Virus record (IMG/VR): IMGVR_UViG_2847593706_000001
Span: 22,144 to 86,143 of that record
Source of the DNA: a virus
Taxonomy: Duplodnaviria; Caudoviricetes
Direction: 5' to 3' (one strand)
Length of the DNA: 64,000 nucleotides
Each line of letters begins with the position of its first letter. Positions within the stretch are counted from its first letter, which is position 1. The position numbers were made by a program, and so were the translations under genes. Under the pieces are notes generated by a model. The model saw nothing but the letters and a program-made list of their open reading frames with translations, made no database searches and was not told where the DNA came from. Shown here piece after piece: positions 37,313-47,125 of the stretch.

Positions 37313-38273
37313 AAAATTCACAGTAGGAAGCTTGTATGCTGGTATAGGAGGAATTTGTTTAGGATTTAAAAAAGCAAAATTTAATATTTTATGGGCAAAT
37401 GAATATGATAAGAATGCATGTGTAACATATAGACAGAATTTTTCCCATCAACTATATGAGAATGATATTATATCTTTTGATATTAATAAGCTAAAGAAAA
37501 TTGATGTGCTAGCTGCAGGATTTCCATGTCAGCCCTTTTCAGTAGCTGGTTATAGAAAAGGATTTACAGATGATAGGGGAAACCATTTTTTTCGTATAAT
37601 GGAGATTGTTGATCTAATTAGACCTAAAGTAGTTTTCTTAGAAAATGTAAAAAACTTAGTGGGGCATGACCATGGTAATACCTTTAAGGTTATACAAGAA
37701 AGCTTGGAAAGCAGAGGTTATACATTTGATGCAAAAGTTTTAAACACTAAAGATTATGGAGATATTCCTCATAATAGGGAGAGAATCTTTATGGTTTGTT
37801 TTGATAAAAACATTTTACAGTACCCAGATAATTTTAAGTTTCAGTTTCCTAAAAAAGACCCTTTAAAAAGGAAAATAAAAGATCTTATTATTCATGAAAA
37901 AGTTGATGATAAGTTTTACTATGGAAAAGATAAATATATGTATCACATGTTAGAAGAAACTATGACAAAAGAAGATACTATTTATCAGTTCAGAAGGCAG
38001 TATGTAAGGGAAAATAAATCTAATGTATGTCCAACACTTACTGCAAACATGGGAACAGGAGGACACAATGTTCCTATGGTTAAAACAGAATTTGGCTTTA
38101 GAAAGTTAACTCCAAGAGAATGTTTTAGATTTCAAGGTTTTCCAGATGATTTTAAGCTTCCTGAGATTGCAAATTCACACTTATACAAACAAGCAGGTAA
38201 TTCTGTAAGTGTTCCTGTTATTGAAAGACTTGCAGGTAAAATTTTTGATGTACTTGAGTCAAAGATCCTTTAA
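37305..38273 (+). CDS. C5-cytosine DNA methyltransferase (target-recognition region resembles GCNGC/GCSGC enzymes)
   Basis: YAGIGG, GFPCQPFS, ENV, HNRER, KQAGNSV; RRQYVRENKSNVCPTLTANMGTGGHNVP. Confidence 0.93.
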   Translation: MNKKFTVGSLYAGIGGICLGFKKAKFNILWANEYDKNACVTYRQNFSHQLYENDIISFDINKLKKIDVLAAGFPCQPFSVAGYRKGFTDDRGNHFFRIMEIVDLIRPKVVFLENVKNLVGHDHGNTFKVIQESLESRGYTFDAKVLNTKDYGDIPHNRERIFMVCFDKNILQYPDNFKFQFPKKDPLKRKIKDLIIHEKVDDKFYYGKDKYMYHMLEETMTKEDTIYQFRRQYVRENKSNVCPTLTANMGTGGHNVPMVKTEFGFRKLTPRECFRFQGFPDDFKLPEIANSHLYKQAGNSVSVPVIERLAGKIFDVLESKIL

Positions 38274-38981
38274 TTTATTATACATCAAGTTAATGTCTTT
38301 TAAATCACCACTTTGGATGTAATAATTGTCAGCATCCATTGTGGTTTGATTTAGTTTATCCCCTTTTTTGAGTATGTATTCCCTTTTGATTATTTCTTTT
38401 AAGGTTTCGTGTGATAGAACTCCAGGAATATCAAAATACAAATCCTGCATATTTAAGATCTTAGACATTTTTTCTATATCAGAATCTCCATTTTTAAAAA
38501 GATCTTTTAGGTTAGGTTTGATTCTGACACATACAAAATAATCATATATAAATGCTCCTCCATCTGGTGTGTAGGTTCCATTTTCATCCCAGTCTTTACA
38601 TTCTAGTAAAAATAAATTTGCAAAGAATGCCATAGATTTCACATTAATATTTTTGCCATTTGCAACTATGTCTCCATGATCCCATATTCCTTTTTCAAAT
38701 ATTCCTAAATCAACTCCAGAAGTTGTAATATCATTTTTTTTTAATTCATCATCCAAAATTAACTCTGCAAGCTTACCTTGGAAAGTGTTAGCAAAAACCT
38801 CATCTGGAGTCCTAATTAAACTTCCTCCACTTCTATGATCTCTGTGAAACCCTTCTCCATATGCCATTTCATATGCAAATTTGAAAGCTATACTAATAAA
38901 TTCCTCTTTAACCATATTTTCAGTAAAAGGAATTTTTTTAGTTATCCTGTATATTCCATCTTTAAATTCAAGTCTGCTCAT
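38259..38981 (-). CDS. Putative PD-(D/E)XK endonuclease (240 aa)
   Basis: QGKLAE...WDHGDIVANGKNINVKS. Confidence 0.6.
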   Translation of the reverse strand: MSRLEFKDGIYRITKKIPFTENMVKEEFISIAFKFAYEMAYGEGFHRDHRSGGSLIRTPDEVFANTFQGKLAELILDDELKKNDITTSGVDLGIFEKGIWDHGDIVANGKNINVKSMAFFANLFLLECKDWDENGTYTPDGGAFIYDYFVCVRIKPNLKDLFKNGDSDIEKMSKILNMQDLYFDIPGVLSHETLKEIIKREYILKKGDKLNQTTMDADNYYIQSGDLKDINLMYNKLKDL

Positions 38982-39002
38982 CTGTATTAGTTTTAGTTAA
39001 AA

Positions 39003-40310
39003 TTAAGAAATTAGCTCTTTTAAATTTGTAACTTCTAAGCTTTTATTCTCCAGATACATCTGCTGCCAGTCTTTAAATGGACATAAAATAATTAATATTT
39101 TTTTACCTGGGTATAACTCGTATTTAATATCTCCAATCAATATTATATTATTAATTATAACAGCATGCTCATCTTCTTTAAGTTCTGAAAATTCATCCTC
39201 ATTTGCTGGGAAAAGAAAAAAGTTTCCAATTGCTTTTTCTATTTTATTCTCAATATGCTGTTGGTATTGAAACTGTTTTAAAATGTCTTTGTATCCTGGT
39301 TCTCCAGATAGAGTGCTTTTAAATTTTAGGCTGTAATACTTTGCATCAAATAGATAGGTATTATTTTCATTATCATTTATAATAATATCTGGTAATAATA
39401 TACTTTTAGATTCATAATTATTACCTAAAATATCCCATTTAGGTCTTGGAAAATAAGAGTTTTTTGAATGCTTGTACTTCCATATCTGCTTACATATGTC
39501 TTCCCAAATAGTTGAATATGCTTTTGTACCATACAAAGACATATCATTTTCCAAAGCTCCAGTCTTACTTCTAATTAAGAATATTAATGATTTTATTAAA
39601 TATATTTCTCTGTCAGTATAAACAGTTTGTAATAACTTTAGAAGATGATTTATTAGCTGCTCTGGATTTCCTATTTCACTTAGATTCTCTTCGTAATCAA
39701 AATCAAAATTAATAAGATCTATTCCTAGAAATACTGAATATTTTTCTGAAATATAATTTAACCCCCACTTTTGAATAGCTGCTGTTAAGTTAAATATATC
39801 TTCAATTATAGTGTGATTTATAGTATCAGTATAAACTGGCTGACCAGAAGAATAGATTGGATCAATATCATTAACTGTATGAACCCAGTGAATGTCTCCA
39901 TTCCCATTTATTTCGTACAGTCTATCTCTGTAAGTGTAAATTCCATTACTTTGAAAGTCCTCTAATAAGAACTCTGCAATTGCTAATTCAGAACATTCAG
40001 GATTATCAGGCTCTATGTTGAAAAAATCAATTCCATCAAATAGATGTCTATTGGTTTTTGTATATCTTTTTAAAGTTTTAATTGTTAATAAGGCAGACTC
40101 TTTTAGCTCTCTAGTGTATATTTTAGGTATAACAGCAAATGCGACACTTCGTACAGATACAACCCCAACAAAAGTAAACTTATAATAGGTATTACTCTGC
40201 TCAATTATACCTCTTAAGCCTAATGTGAATAATTCCTCTTCTGAAAAAGAAATCAACAATTCAGACTTAGTATATGACTTTTGTTCAATATAAATAACAG
40301 GATTATTCAA
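39003..40310 (-). CDS. LlaJI/McrC-like restriction endonuclease subunit
   Basis: FTFVGV, GDIHWVHT, IWEDIC, LPDII...FDAKYY, DILKQFQY. Confidence 0.85.
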   Translation of the reverse strand: MNNPVIYIEQKSYTKSELLISFSEEELFTLGLRGIIEQSNTYYKFTFVGVVSVRSVAFAVIPKIYTRELKESALLTIKTLKRYTKTNRHLFDGIDFFNIEPDNPECSELAIAEFLLEDFQSNGIYTYRDRLYEINGNGDIHWVHTVNDIDPIYSSGQPVYTDTINHTIIEDIFNLTAAIQKWGLNYISEKYSVFLGIDLINFDFDYEENLSEIGNPEQLINHLLKLLQTVYTDREIYLIKSLIFLIRSKTGALENDMSLYGTKAYSTIWEDICKQIWKYKHSKNSYFPRPKWDILGNNYESKSILLPDIIINDNENNTYLFDAKYYSLKFKSTLSGEPGYKDILKQFQYQQHIENKIEKAIGNFFLFPANEDEFSELKEDEHAVIINNIILIGDIKYELYPGKKILIILCPFKDWQQMYLENKSLEVTNLKELIS

Positions 40311-42219
40311 AAGCTAAAGTTTCATCAAACACATTATTTCCTTTATCATACTCTTCTGCTATTTCAGAAAAGGTCTTCAAAGAACTTTTAAATATTCCAG
40401 TTTTATATCTTAAAACATCTTCTTTTAGATACAGAAGCAGTTTGTTTTTAACTGATTTCTGATTTGTAATTTCTCTTTTATTTAAAAAGAAAGGACCTAC
40501 AAGTTTATCTTCATGAATTCCAAGCTCAAGAAGCTTTTGGTTTATGATTCTTCTAAAAGTATTCCATTTAAGTTCTGGCTTGCCTTCAAGGAAAGGCATA
40601 TTGATATTAACATCATTTATATGGATTTCACTCTTATTAATTCCTAGATGTTCAAAGCTCCAGCGTCTTTTAAAAGCTGTATCAAGAGGTAATACTCCTT
40701 GATCTGCATTATTCATGGTTGCCCATATATATAGATTTGAAGGGATTTTAATTTCAGTCTCAGCAATATTTCTCCCTCTTAGATAATCATATATTGAAGT
40801 TTCTAAGGTAATAGGATATTCACTCTCTCCATTATCATTTCTATCAAGCAGTTGAAATAGCTCTCCAAAAACAGCAGTAGTGTTAGCTCTATTCAACTCT
40901 TCTATCAGTAATAAAAAATTGTGATCTGGATTTTTGACTGCTCTCTCATACAATATTAAAAAAGGTCCAGGTTCAAAGGTATATTCAATAACAGGTTCAA
41001 CCTTATGTTCATTAATAGTAACCCTGTCAGAATTAAATATTGTTACTCCTGTTTCTTTGTATAGAGGTTTGGGTTTATATGAACCAACAAAGTTTCTATA
41101 TGAATAACTCGAGTGGAATGTAACTCTTTTGTATAAAAGTTCATTAGGGAAGAGCTCATTTGCTCTTTTGTTCATTTCATAACTTTTACCTGTTCCAGGG
41201 GCTCCATATAATATTAGATTTTTAGGGAAGTCTTCTGAAATAGAATTAGGATTTACTTCTATGTTTGAAATCGTATTTAGTTTCATAAATCCTCCCTCAA
41301 TAGCTCTAAGATTAGTAATGTGAAATTTATTTCCAAAAATTGTTGTTATTTCATCTTCAAGTTCTGGAAAGATGTCAAGTAAAATACCAATTAAGTTTCT
41401 GGCTTGTTCTATTGTTATGCTACTGTTAGCCTGATTTTGCTCATTTTTTATCATTGGTCCTATAAAAGGAATGCTATAACTATTAAAATAACCAATGAAT
41501 TCGTGTCTAGAAAGCACTTTAGGTAAAATAAGCAATGGTTTTAACTTAATTTTGAAATATCTTGGGTTGTTAGTGTCATAACCTTTAGCATAGGGTCCAT
41601 GAGTAATAATACAAATAGCACTTAATCCAAAAGCCCACTCAGGATTGTCACCATGTTGGTTAAAAAAAACAATATCGCCAGTATTAGTTATTGCTTCATG
41701 CTGATAAATTCCTCCAAATTCAAATTCATCTTCACCTGGACTAGCTCTATCTATTGATGTAACAGTTGTTTTAAATGAGTAATAATGTATAGCCATAGGA
41801 TCCTTTATAATATACATATCATAATATATTTTTAATATAGGTGGAAGCTCACTAAAGTATTGACTAATATCAAAAGAATTACTTTCAGTACTCTTTAATG
41901 TTTTATTATCTAGAGTAATATGAAAGTGATATTTTCCATCCTTTGGTACACCATGGAATCCATTGATTAGATCATTAATAATAGATGAAGGAATATTGAA
42001 ATATCCTTTGGGTCCAAAAAGAATAAATGCTGTTACCTCATGTTCTTTATAAGAATCAATATTATCACTATTAATAGTGAACCAATAGTTATTGTTTTTC
42101 CTTTGAATACTTGAAAATCTTATTACATATCTATTTTCTTCATTTGAATAAATATCTCTTGTAGTTTTTTCAGCAGCTAAGAAATTTGCCATTTCTTTTT
42201 TTTGTTCTCCTTGTCTCAT
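40303..42219 (-). CDS. McrB-like AAA+ GTPase with N-terminal recognition domains
   Basis: YGAPGTGKS, VTFHSSYSY, IEELNRAN, ATMNNAD, DTAFKRRW. Confidence 0.92.
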   Translation of the reverse strand: MRQGEQKKEMANFLAAEKTTRDIYSNEENRYVIRFSSIQRKNNNYWFTINSDNIDSYKEHEVTAFILFGPKGYFNIPSSIINDLINGFHGVPKDGKYHFHITLDNKTLKSTESNSFDISQYFSELPPILKIYYDMYIIKDPMAIHYYSFKTTVTSIDRASPGEDEFEFGGIYQHEAITNTGDIVFFNQHGDNPEWAFGLSAICIITHGPYAKGYDTNNPRYFKIKLKPLLILPKVLSRHEFIGYFNSYSIPFIGPMIKNEQNQANSSITIEQARNLIGILLDIFPELEDEITTIFGNKFHITNLRAIEGGFMKLNTISNIEVNPNSISEDFPKNLILYGAPGTGKSYEMNKRANELFPNELLYKRVTFHSSYSYRNFVGSYKPKPLYKETGVTIFNSDRVTINEHKVEPVIEYTFEPGPFLILYERAVKNPDHNFLLLIEELNRANTTAVFGELFQLLDRNDNGESEYPITLETSIYDYLRGRNIAETEIKIPSNLYIWATMNNADQGVLPLDTAFKRRWSFEHLGINKSEIHINDVNINMPFLEGKPELKWNTFRRIINQKLLELGIHEDKLVGPFFLNKREITNQKSVKNKLLLYLKEDVLRYKTGIFKSSLKTFSEIAEEYDKGNNVFDETLAFE

Positions 42220-42221
42220 TA

Positions 42222-43403
42222 TTAAAATGCTTCTAAAAATGTTTCATACTCATCTAACTTTGTAAAATCTATGTAAAATTTATTATCTGTTGTTTTTGTT
42301 ATTTTAACACTATCATAACCAATCTCAATAAGTCTATCATAAGTTAAAATTTCCCCTTCTCCTAAATTTAGAATATCTCTTAACATCCAATCTGATAGCG
42401 CATTATTTGGGTTGGTCATTAGTGCTTTTCCATTATCCTGACAGACTTTTGCAGAGAGCTCTTCTCCACTAGGAATTACTAACGTGAATGGAACTTCCCT
42501 TGGTGGGAGAAAGTTTGGTGCTAAATCTCTAATGTCTGCAGGTATAGGTATATATACTTCCCCATAGTCTCTAGCTCTTCCACCTGCATTCCATTGATTT
42601 AATTGGCTTTTTTCAGGAACTATATGATTTTGTCTTGAAGCTTTCCTTTTTGCAGAATATAATGGAAGTATAATGTAGTCCTCACCTGGAGCTAGTTCAT
42701 TTTGAGTAATTTGATTAGTTGGTTCAGTATAGCTACTGATACTTTCAATTAAAGTGCTTGGATTAGCAATTGCATTTCTCAATAAAGAAATTGGATCATT
42801 AAGAATCTCAATTTCCAAAGTTTGGCAATTATCAGGTACTACAAACCTTTTCATTAATACACTTTTTGAGTGGTTAAAAGTATATTCATTAAAGGTATCT
42901 TTGAATTTTAATGTAACAGCTGTATCAGAAATTATTTCAATAGATTCTTTATCTACTAGATCATAGCTGTCTTCAAAGATTTTAATTACACCTTTATCTC
43001 TTCCAATTATATGATAAACCCTGTTGTTAGTATCATATGCTCTATCTGCAATTAAGATTCTTTCATTTCTTAGATCAGCCAATTTTTTTGCCAGCTCCAT
43101 TCCTCTAAGTGTTCTAAGTAGGGAACTATCTGCATTAAATTCAGCTACTTTTTCAACTTTAGAATTACCATTCAATACGAAAGTTTTAATCCCAATTCCA
43201 AATTTATTTATAACTGCATCATATGCTCCATCAGCTCTAGCAAGATTTTCAGCATTAAAAACATCACAAAATATATTTTCAGCAATTCTATACTGAATAT
43301 AAGGCTTATCAGATTCACTAAAAAGCTTCGAGAGAGCTCCTATAGCCTTTAACTTTTCATGATATTCTTCAATACTATGCTGTGCCTGTGTATTTAAAAA
43401 CAT
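42222..43403 (-). CDS. NgoFVII-family-like restriction endonuclease (PD-(D/E)XK N-terminus plus B3-like C-terminus)
   Basis: YDAV...GIGIKTF; KSQLNQWNAGGRARDYGEVYIPIP; CQDNGKALMTNPN. Confidence 0.75.
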   Translation of the reverse strand: MFLNTQAQHSIEEYHEKLKAIGALSKLFSESDKPYIQYRIAENIFCDVFNAENLARADGAYDAVINKFGIGIKTFVLNGNSKVEKVAEFNADSSLLRTLRGMELAKKLADLRNERILIADRAYDTNNRVYHIIGRDKGVIKIFEDSYDLVDKESIEIISDTAVTLKFKDTFNEYTFNHSKSVLMKRFVVPDNCQTLEIEILNDPISLLRNAIANPSTLIESISSYTEPTNQITQNELAPGEDYIILPLYSAKRKASRQNHIVPEKSQLNQWNAGGRARDYGEVYIPIPADIRDLAPNFLPPREVPFTLVIPSGEELSAKVCQDNGKALMTNPNNALSDWMLRDILNLGEGEILTYDRLIEIGYDSVKITKTTDNKFYIDFTKLDEYETFLEAF

Positions 43404-43826
43404 TTAATTCTTCTTTAATTTTGAGATTTCTTGTTGAATTATTTCTAAGCAGGAAGAAAGATTTTTTTTAACTTCTTTACTCCAGAATCTTATCACTCTC
43501 CAATTGTTTGATAGTAGGTATTCAGTGACCTCTTTATCCCTCTGTATATTTCTTTCAATTTTTGGAATCCAATAGTCTCTATTAGTTTTTATTCTATTTT
43601 TTTGAGTTTCCCAATCTTTTCCATGGAAAAATTCACCATCTACGAATATAGCTATTTTATATTTGGAAAAACTTATGTCAGGCTTTCCAAGTATTTTTTT
43701 ATTATTTTTTCTATATCTGTAACCCAAATTCCATAAAGCTTTTGCAAGCAGTACTTCTTCCTTAGTCTCTTTGCTCTTAATTGCTTGCATATTTTTTCTC
43801 CTTTGTTCTGGTGTTAAATTATCCAT
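43404..43826 (-). CDS. vsr: Very short patch repair endonuclease
   Basis: QRRKNMQAIKS, GKPDI, FVDGEFFHG, YWIPKIERN. Confidence 0.93.
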   Translation of the reverse strand: MDNLTPEQRRKNMQAIKSKETKEEVLLAKALWNLGYRYRKNNKKILGKPDISFSKYKIAIFVDGEFFHGKDWETQKNRIKTNRDYWIPKIERNIQRDKEVTEYLLSNNWRVIRFWSKEVKKNLSSCLEIIQQEISKLKKN

Positions 43827-44359
43827 GATGTAAAGATTTATTATAATTCTTTATTTGCACTAAGTTAATCCATTTAGTTCAATCTCTCCATAGTATAAGA
43901 ACATATGGTTTACAGTTCATAAAAAAATTTTACTAAAAATTTTATGAGGCTTTCTGTCTTTTGTTTCTCTACCTTTCAACAATCTCCCCCAATTTCGTAA
44001 ATGGAAAATTCCCCCCTCCACTTTACAGAAATTAGAAAATTTTCAAAGGTCTATTAATAAATCTGTGAACAATTGCAGCTTCAATTTTAGTTCTTTACTT
44101 GTGATAGCACTGCACCATCTTGTGTATGTTCTTTCTCTGTACCTTCCCATACTGATTTATACTCATCTCACCCATTCCTGAACCTGGGATGGGAAAATGA
44201 GAATATAAATCTTTCTCTTTTACAATACAACACTCCTGAATAACCCTCACTTGTGGAGAGATAACAGATATTAAGCCTTTAGACCCCAGGTAATAGTGGT
44301 GGTGTAAAGGTTTGTGTCTTGTTTCATTAATTAACAATTAACTCAAAATCAAAAAAACT

Positions 44360-44731
44360 ATGGTAACGATTACGAATTACACCAAAAGAAAAAGAGAAGA
44401 TGGGACTATGTTTTGTGTCCTTGAAATCAACAGTGGTATTGAACTTATACAAAGTCAGAGTACAGGTCAGTATTATGCAACAGCCAAGAAATGCTACATA
44501 CCTGCTACCTTTGATGAAGCTGTATGCAGAAGTCTTCGAGGTACTATGATGAAAGGAGATATTATCAAGGTTGAATGTGAACCTTATCAATATACCATTA
44601 AAGAAACAGGAGAACTTATTACCCTGAATCACAGGTATGAATACACTCCTGATGAAAGTTCACAATTAGCCCCAAATAATTATTTAGAGAATTATACAGT
44701 TCCAGGTAACCTTGTGAGTACTATCCAGTAA
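44360..44731 (+). CDS. Conserved small backbone protein, possibly ssDNA-binding (123 aa)
   Basis: Homologue at 63030-63437 (REDGT..CxLE..SQ.T.QYYATAKK..TFDE..CEPY). Confidence 0.75.
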   Translation: MVTITNYTKRKREDGTMFCVLEINSGIELIQSQSTGQYYATAKKCYIPATFDEAVCRSLRGTMMKGDIIKVECEPYQYTIKETGELITLNHRYEYTPDESSQLAPNNYLENYTVPGNLVSTIQ

Positions 44732-44740
44732 AAATATTAA

Positions 44741-44791
44741 AAGTCCCAGTTCTTGTAAAATGTATATATACAGAAACAAAAAGTGGGACTT
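44741..44791. repeat. 16-bp imperfect inverted repeat around TGTATATATACA
   Basis: AAGTCCCAGTTCTTGT...ACAAAAAGTGGGACTT. Confidence 0.65.
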
Positions 44792-44795
44792 ATTT

Positions 44796-44845
44796 AGGAC
44801 AAAATTTACCTGGAGCCTATAAAGAAAGGAAGTAAATTTTGTCCT
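44796..44845. repeat. Perfect 14-bp inverted repeat around a CCTATA spacer
   Basis: AGGACAAAATTTAC-N22-GTAAATTTTGTCCT. Confidence 0.7.
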
Positions 44846-45081
44846 TTTCTTTTACTCTATTTTTTCCTGTTTATTGATGTTTATCTTTACATCTACCCAG
44901 GTAATTTTGACTGTAAAAATAATTAATGACTGGGTAAGATTTTATTAAATAGCTGAATTTTTATTTGTGCCTGTTGATTATAAGAGTATTGAATATAATA
45001 TCAGAGTCCCCAGGTAACCTCTTACCAGAAGATGACAGTAACTTTTGACTTTGTTAAGAGGGATGTTTAAAGATGTGGGAA

Positions 45082-45324
45082 TTATTCAATAACATTGGTG
45101 ATTTCAGAGAGCTTAACCTCTAAGCTGATTGAAATTTTATATAAAGTAAAACTACTTGGACAAGTTTTGCCTGTCTCAATTCTATTCATGTTAGACTTCT
45201 CAAAATTGCATAACAAAGCCAGCTCAGCCTGAGACATCTTTTTCTCTTCTCTTAGCTGTCTTATCCTCTTACCTAAAGCTATTTGAAAGTCTACTTTTTC
45301 CATCAACACAATAACTAATGTCAA
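45082..45324 (-). CDS. XRE HTH regulator (start probably ATG 45303)
   Basis: LGKRIRQLREEKKMSQAELA...MNRIETG. Confidence 0.9.
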   Translation of the reverse strand: MTLVIVLMEKVDFQIALGKRIRQLREEKKMSQAELALLCNFEKSNMNRIETGKTCPSSFTLYKISISLEVKLSEITNVIE

Positions 45325-45330
45325 AAGTGG

Positions 45331-45380
45331 TCAAAAATGATAATATTATAGTTATCATTTTTGATAATTATATATATTTG
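45331..45380. promoter_or_regulatory. Operator (13-bp perfect IR) and rightward -7 element
   Basis: TCAAAAATGATAA-N8-TTATCATTTTTGA; TATATTTG at 45373-45380. Confidence 0.65.
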
Positions 45381-45407
45381 TCTAATCTTAACTAAACATT
45401 TTTAACT

Positions 45408-46010
45408 ATGATAACAACCTTAACATTGAGCTTTCAACACCTTGTAATTGTATTCATTATACTAGGTATACCAACCTTGATTATTTATCTAATTATCAAG
45501 TCAAGAAATAACGACAAAAAATTAATGCTGACTTCTGAAGTTAATACCATTGGTACTGATAATCCAACCTTAAATATTGATGAAGAAACTAATACCAACC
45601 TTGAGAAGTATGGAAAGATTTCTGAAAAGTCTAATCTCTTTCTGTATATCTTAACCTTTACATTCTTACTATTCTTCACAATGGTCTATACCATTAACAA
45701 AAGAGGTAATTATGATTTAACTGATGGGGCATACCTTGCAGGGACAATATTAGCAGGTTTAATAACCTTTGGATTCTACATAACAATATTTACATTACTG
45801 TTTAATCCTATTAGAAAACTTTACAAGAGATATCTTCAATTCAGTGAGGGGACCATTGATGCTCCTGCCTTTAAGAAATTCAAGAACAGAAGTAGGACAA
45901 ATACAGTCATTCTTAGTATTATCTGCATTCCTTTATCTTTTGGGGTATTTGGGTTGTTGATGATACCTCATTACAAGTTTTTATCCAACCTTAATAAGCT
46001 TACATTTTAA
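45408..46010 (+). CDS. Multi-pass membrane protein (200 aa)
   Basis: About four hydrophobic segments. Confidence 0.7.
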   Translation: MITTLTLSFQHLVIVFIILGIPTLIIYLIIKSRNNDKKLMLTSEVNTIGTDNPTLNIDEETNTNLEKYGKISEKSNLFLYILTFTFLLFFTMVYTINKRGNYDLTDGAYLAGTILAGLITFGFYITIFTLLFNPIRKLYKRYLQFSEGTIDAPAFKKFKNRSRTNTVILSIICIPLSFGVFGLLMIPHYKFLSNLNKLTF

Positions 46011-46021
46011 CAACTTTAAAT

Positions 46022-46306
46022 ATGAAAACAAAGCCATTACTAATTACAATCACTTTCGTTCTGGGAATACTCTTAGCAGTTTTTGGGATTAAGTTCTATC
46101 AAGAATCAAATATAGAAGGGTACAATCTTGTCAATTACCCTGTACAAGTGGTTCTACCAGAAGATTATAAAGAAATAAGCCCAGAAAGCCATCTTGTTGG
46201 TTATTATAACGAGAGACAGAACAAGCTCTACATAGCATTTTATAATGAACATGGTAAGAAAATCAATACAAACAGCACAGCCAAAGACACCAATGAAAAG
46301 CATTAG
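46022..46306 (+). CDS. Membrane-anchored/exported protein (94 aa)
   Basis: N-terminal hydrophobic helix. Confidence 0.65.
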   Translation: MKTKPLLITITFVLGILLAVFGIKFYQESNIEGYNLVNYPVQVVLPEDYKEISPESHLVGYYNERQNKLYIAFYNEHGKKINTNSTAKDTNEKH

Positions 46307-46312
46307 TATAAT

Positions 46313-46684
46313 ATGTCCTTAGTTTATTGTTTTTTGGCTTTTCTAAGCCTTAGCCTACATAATGCAACAAAAAATGTTGCTGAGGAGGATGGAAATATTC
46401 CTACTATCTACAGAGGAACAAATACAGTACTATTAAATCTTTGGTTCTTTCTTACAGGTTTAATAGCACCCACAATAACAATGTTTCTTTATACCAAGTG
46501 GTATTGGGCAATAATCTTCATAGTTGCAGGGTTACTGATTTCAATGGTAATGGCTAACAACTATGTGTACAAATATCATATAGTTAGAAGACCACCATTA
46601 TACATCCCAGGTAGGGTTGATGTCAGGCTATCATTAATTACAAGTATGATTAGTATTATCTTGCTTATTGTTCTGATAGCATGA
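46313..46684 (+). CDS. Multi-pass membrane protein (123 aa)
   Basis: About four hydrophobic segments. Confidence 0.65.
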   Translation: MSLVYCFLAFLSLSLHNATKNVAEEDGNIPTIYRGTNTVLLNLWFFLTGLIAPTITMFLYTKWYWAIIFIVAGLLISMVMANNYVYKYHIVRRPPLYIPGRVDVRLSLITSMISIILLIVLIA

Positions 46685-47001
46685 TATTAGAAGTTATTCA
46701 CTATTACAGTGCTCCAGGTAATGTTGACTTTGGTGAAAACCTTAAAAAGAGCATGTTTACCATAATAACTACTTCTACATTCTTCCTTAGTAACAGTATT
46801 GTAACCTGGGAACTGAACAGGGGTAAGTTATACATTTGTGAGATATACAGCAGATTTAACGATGAGGTTTATCAGAAATCTTATGTTAATCAAATTCTTG
46901 AAGATGATAACAGGGTATTTCATGACTGGATTAATTGTGAAATCTTAGTCCCAGGTAACCTCTTTCTTGGCTTTAATAAAACTGAAGGGGATTATTCTTA
47001 A
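46681..47001 (+). CDS. Hypothetical protein (106 aa)
   Basis: ATGA-coupled ORF. Confidence 0.55.
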   Translation: MILEVIHYYSAPGNVDFGENLKKSMFTIITTSTFFLSNSIVTWELNRGKLYICEIYSRFNDEVYQKSYVNQILEDDNRVFHDWINCEILVPGNLFLGFNKTEGDYS

Positions 47002-47125
47002 TTAAAATCAAAAGTGGTTGTATAGGAGATATACAAAGCAAATAAGTTCCTAAAGAATATGACCAAGAAATCTTTTGATACACAACAATCAGCTATTCCT
47101 ATTAGCTTTAACTATCTAAAAACAA

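Noticed and set aside
44095-44632. Minus-strand 80-aa and 101-aa ORFs
   Set aside because: Non-ATG or antisense to the conserved 123-aa gene; no counterpart in element 2
35337-46964. CCCAGGTAAC repeats as a CRISPR array
   Set aside because: Irregular spacing, both orientations, inside genes, and no cas genes
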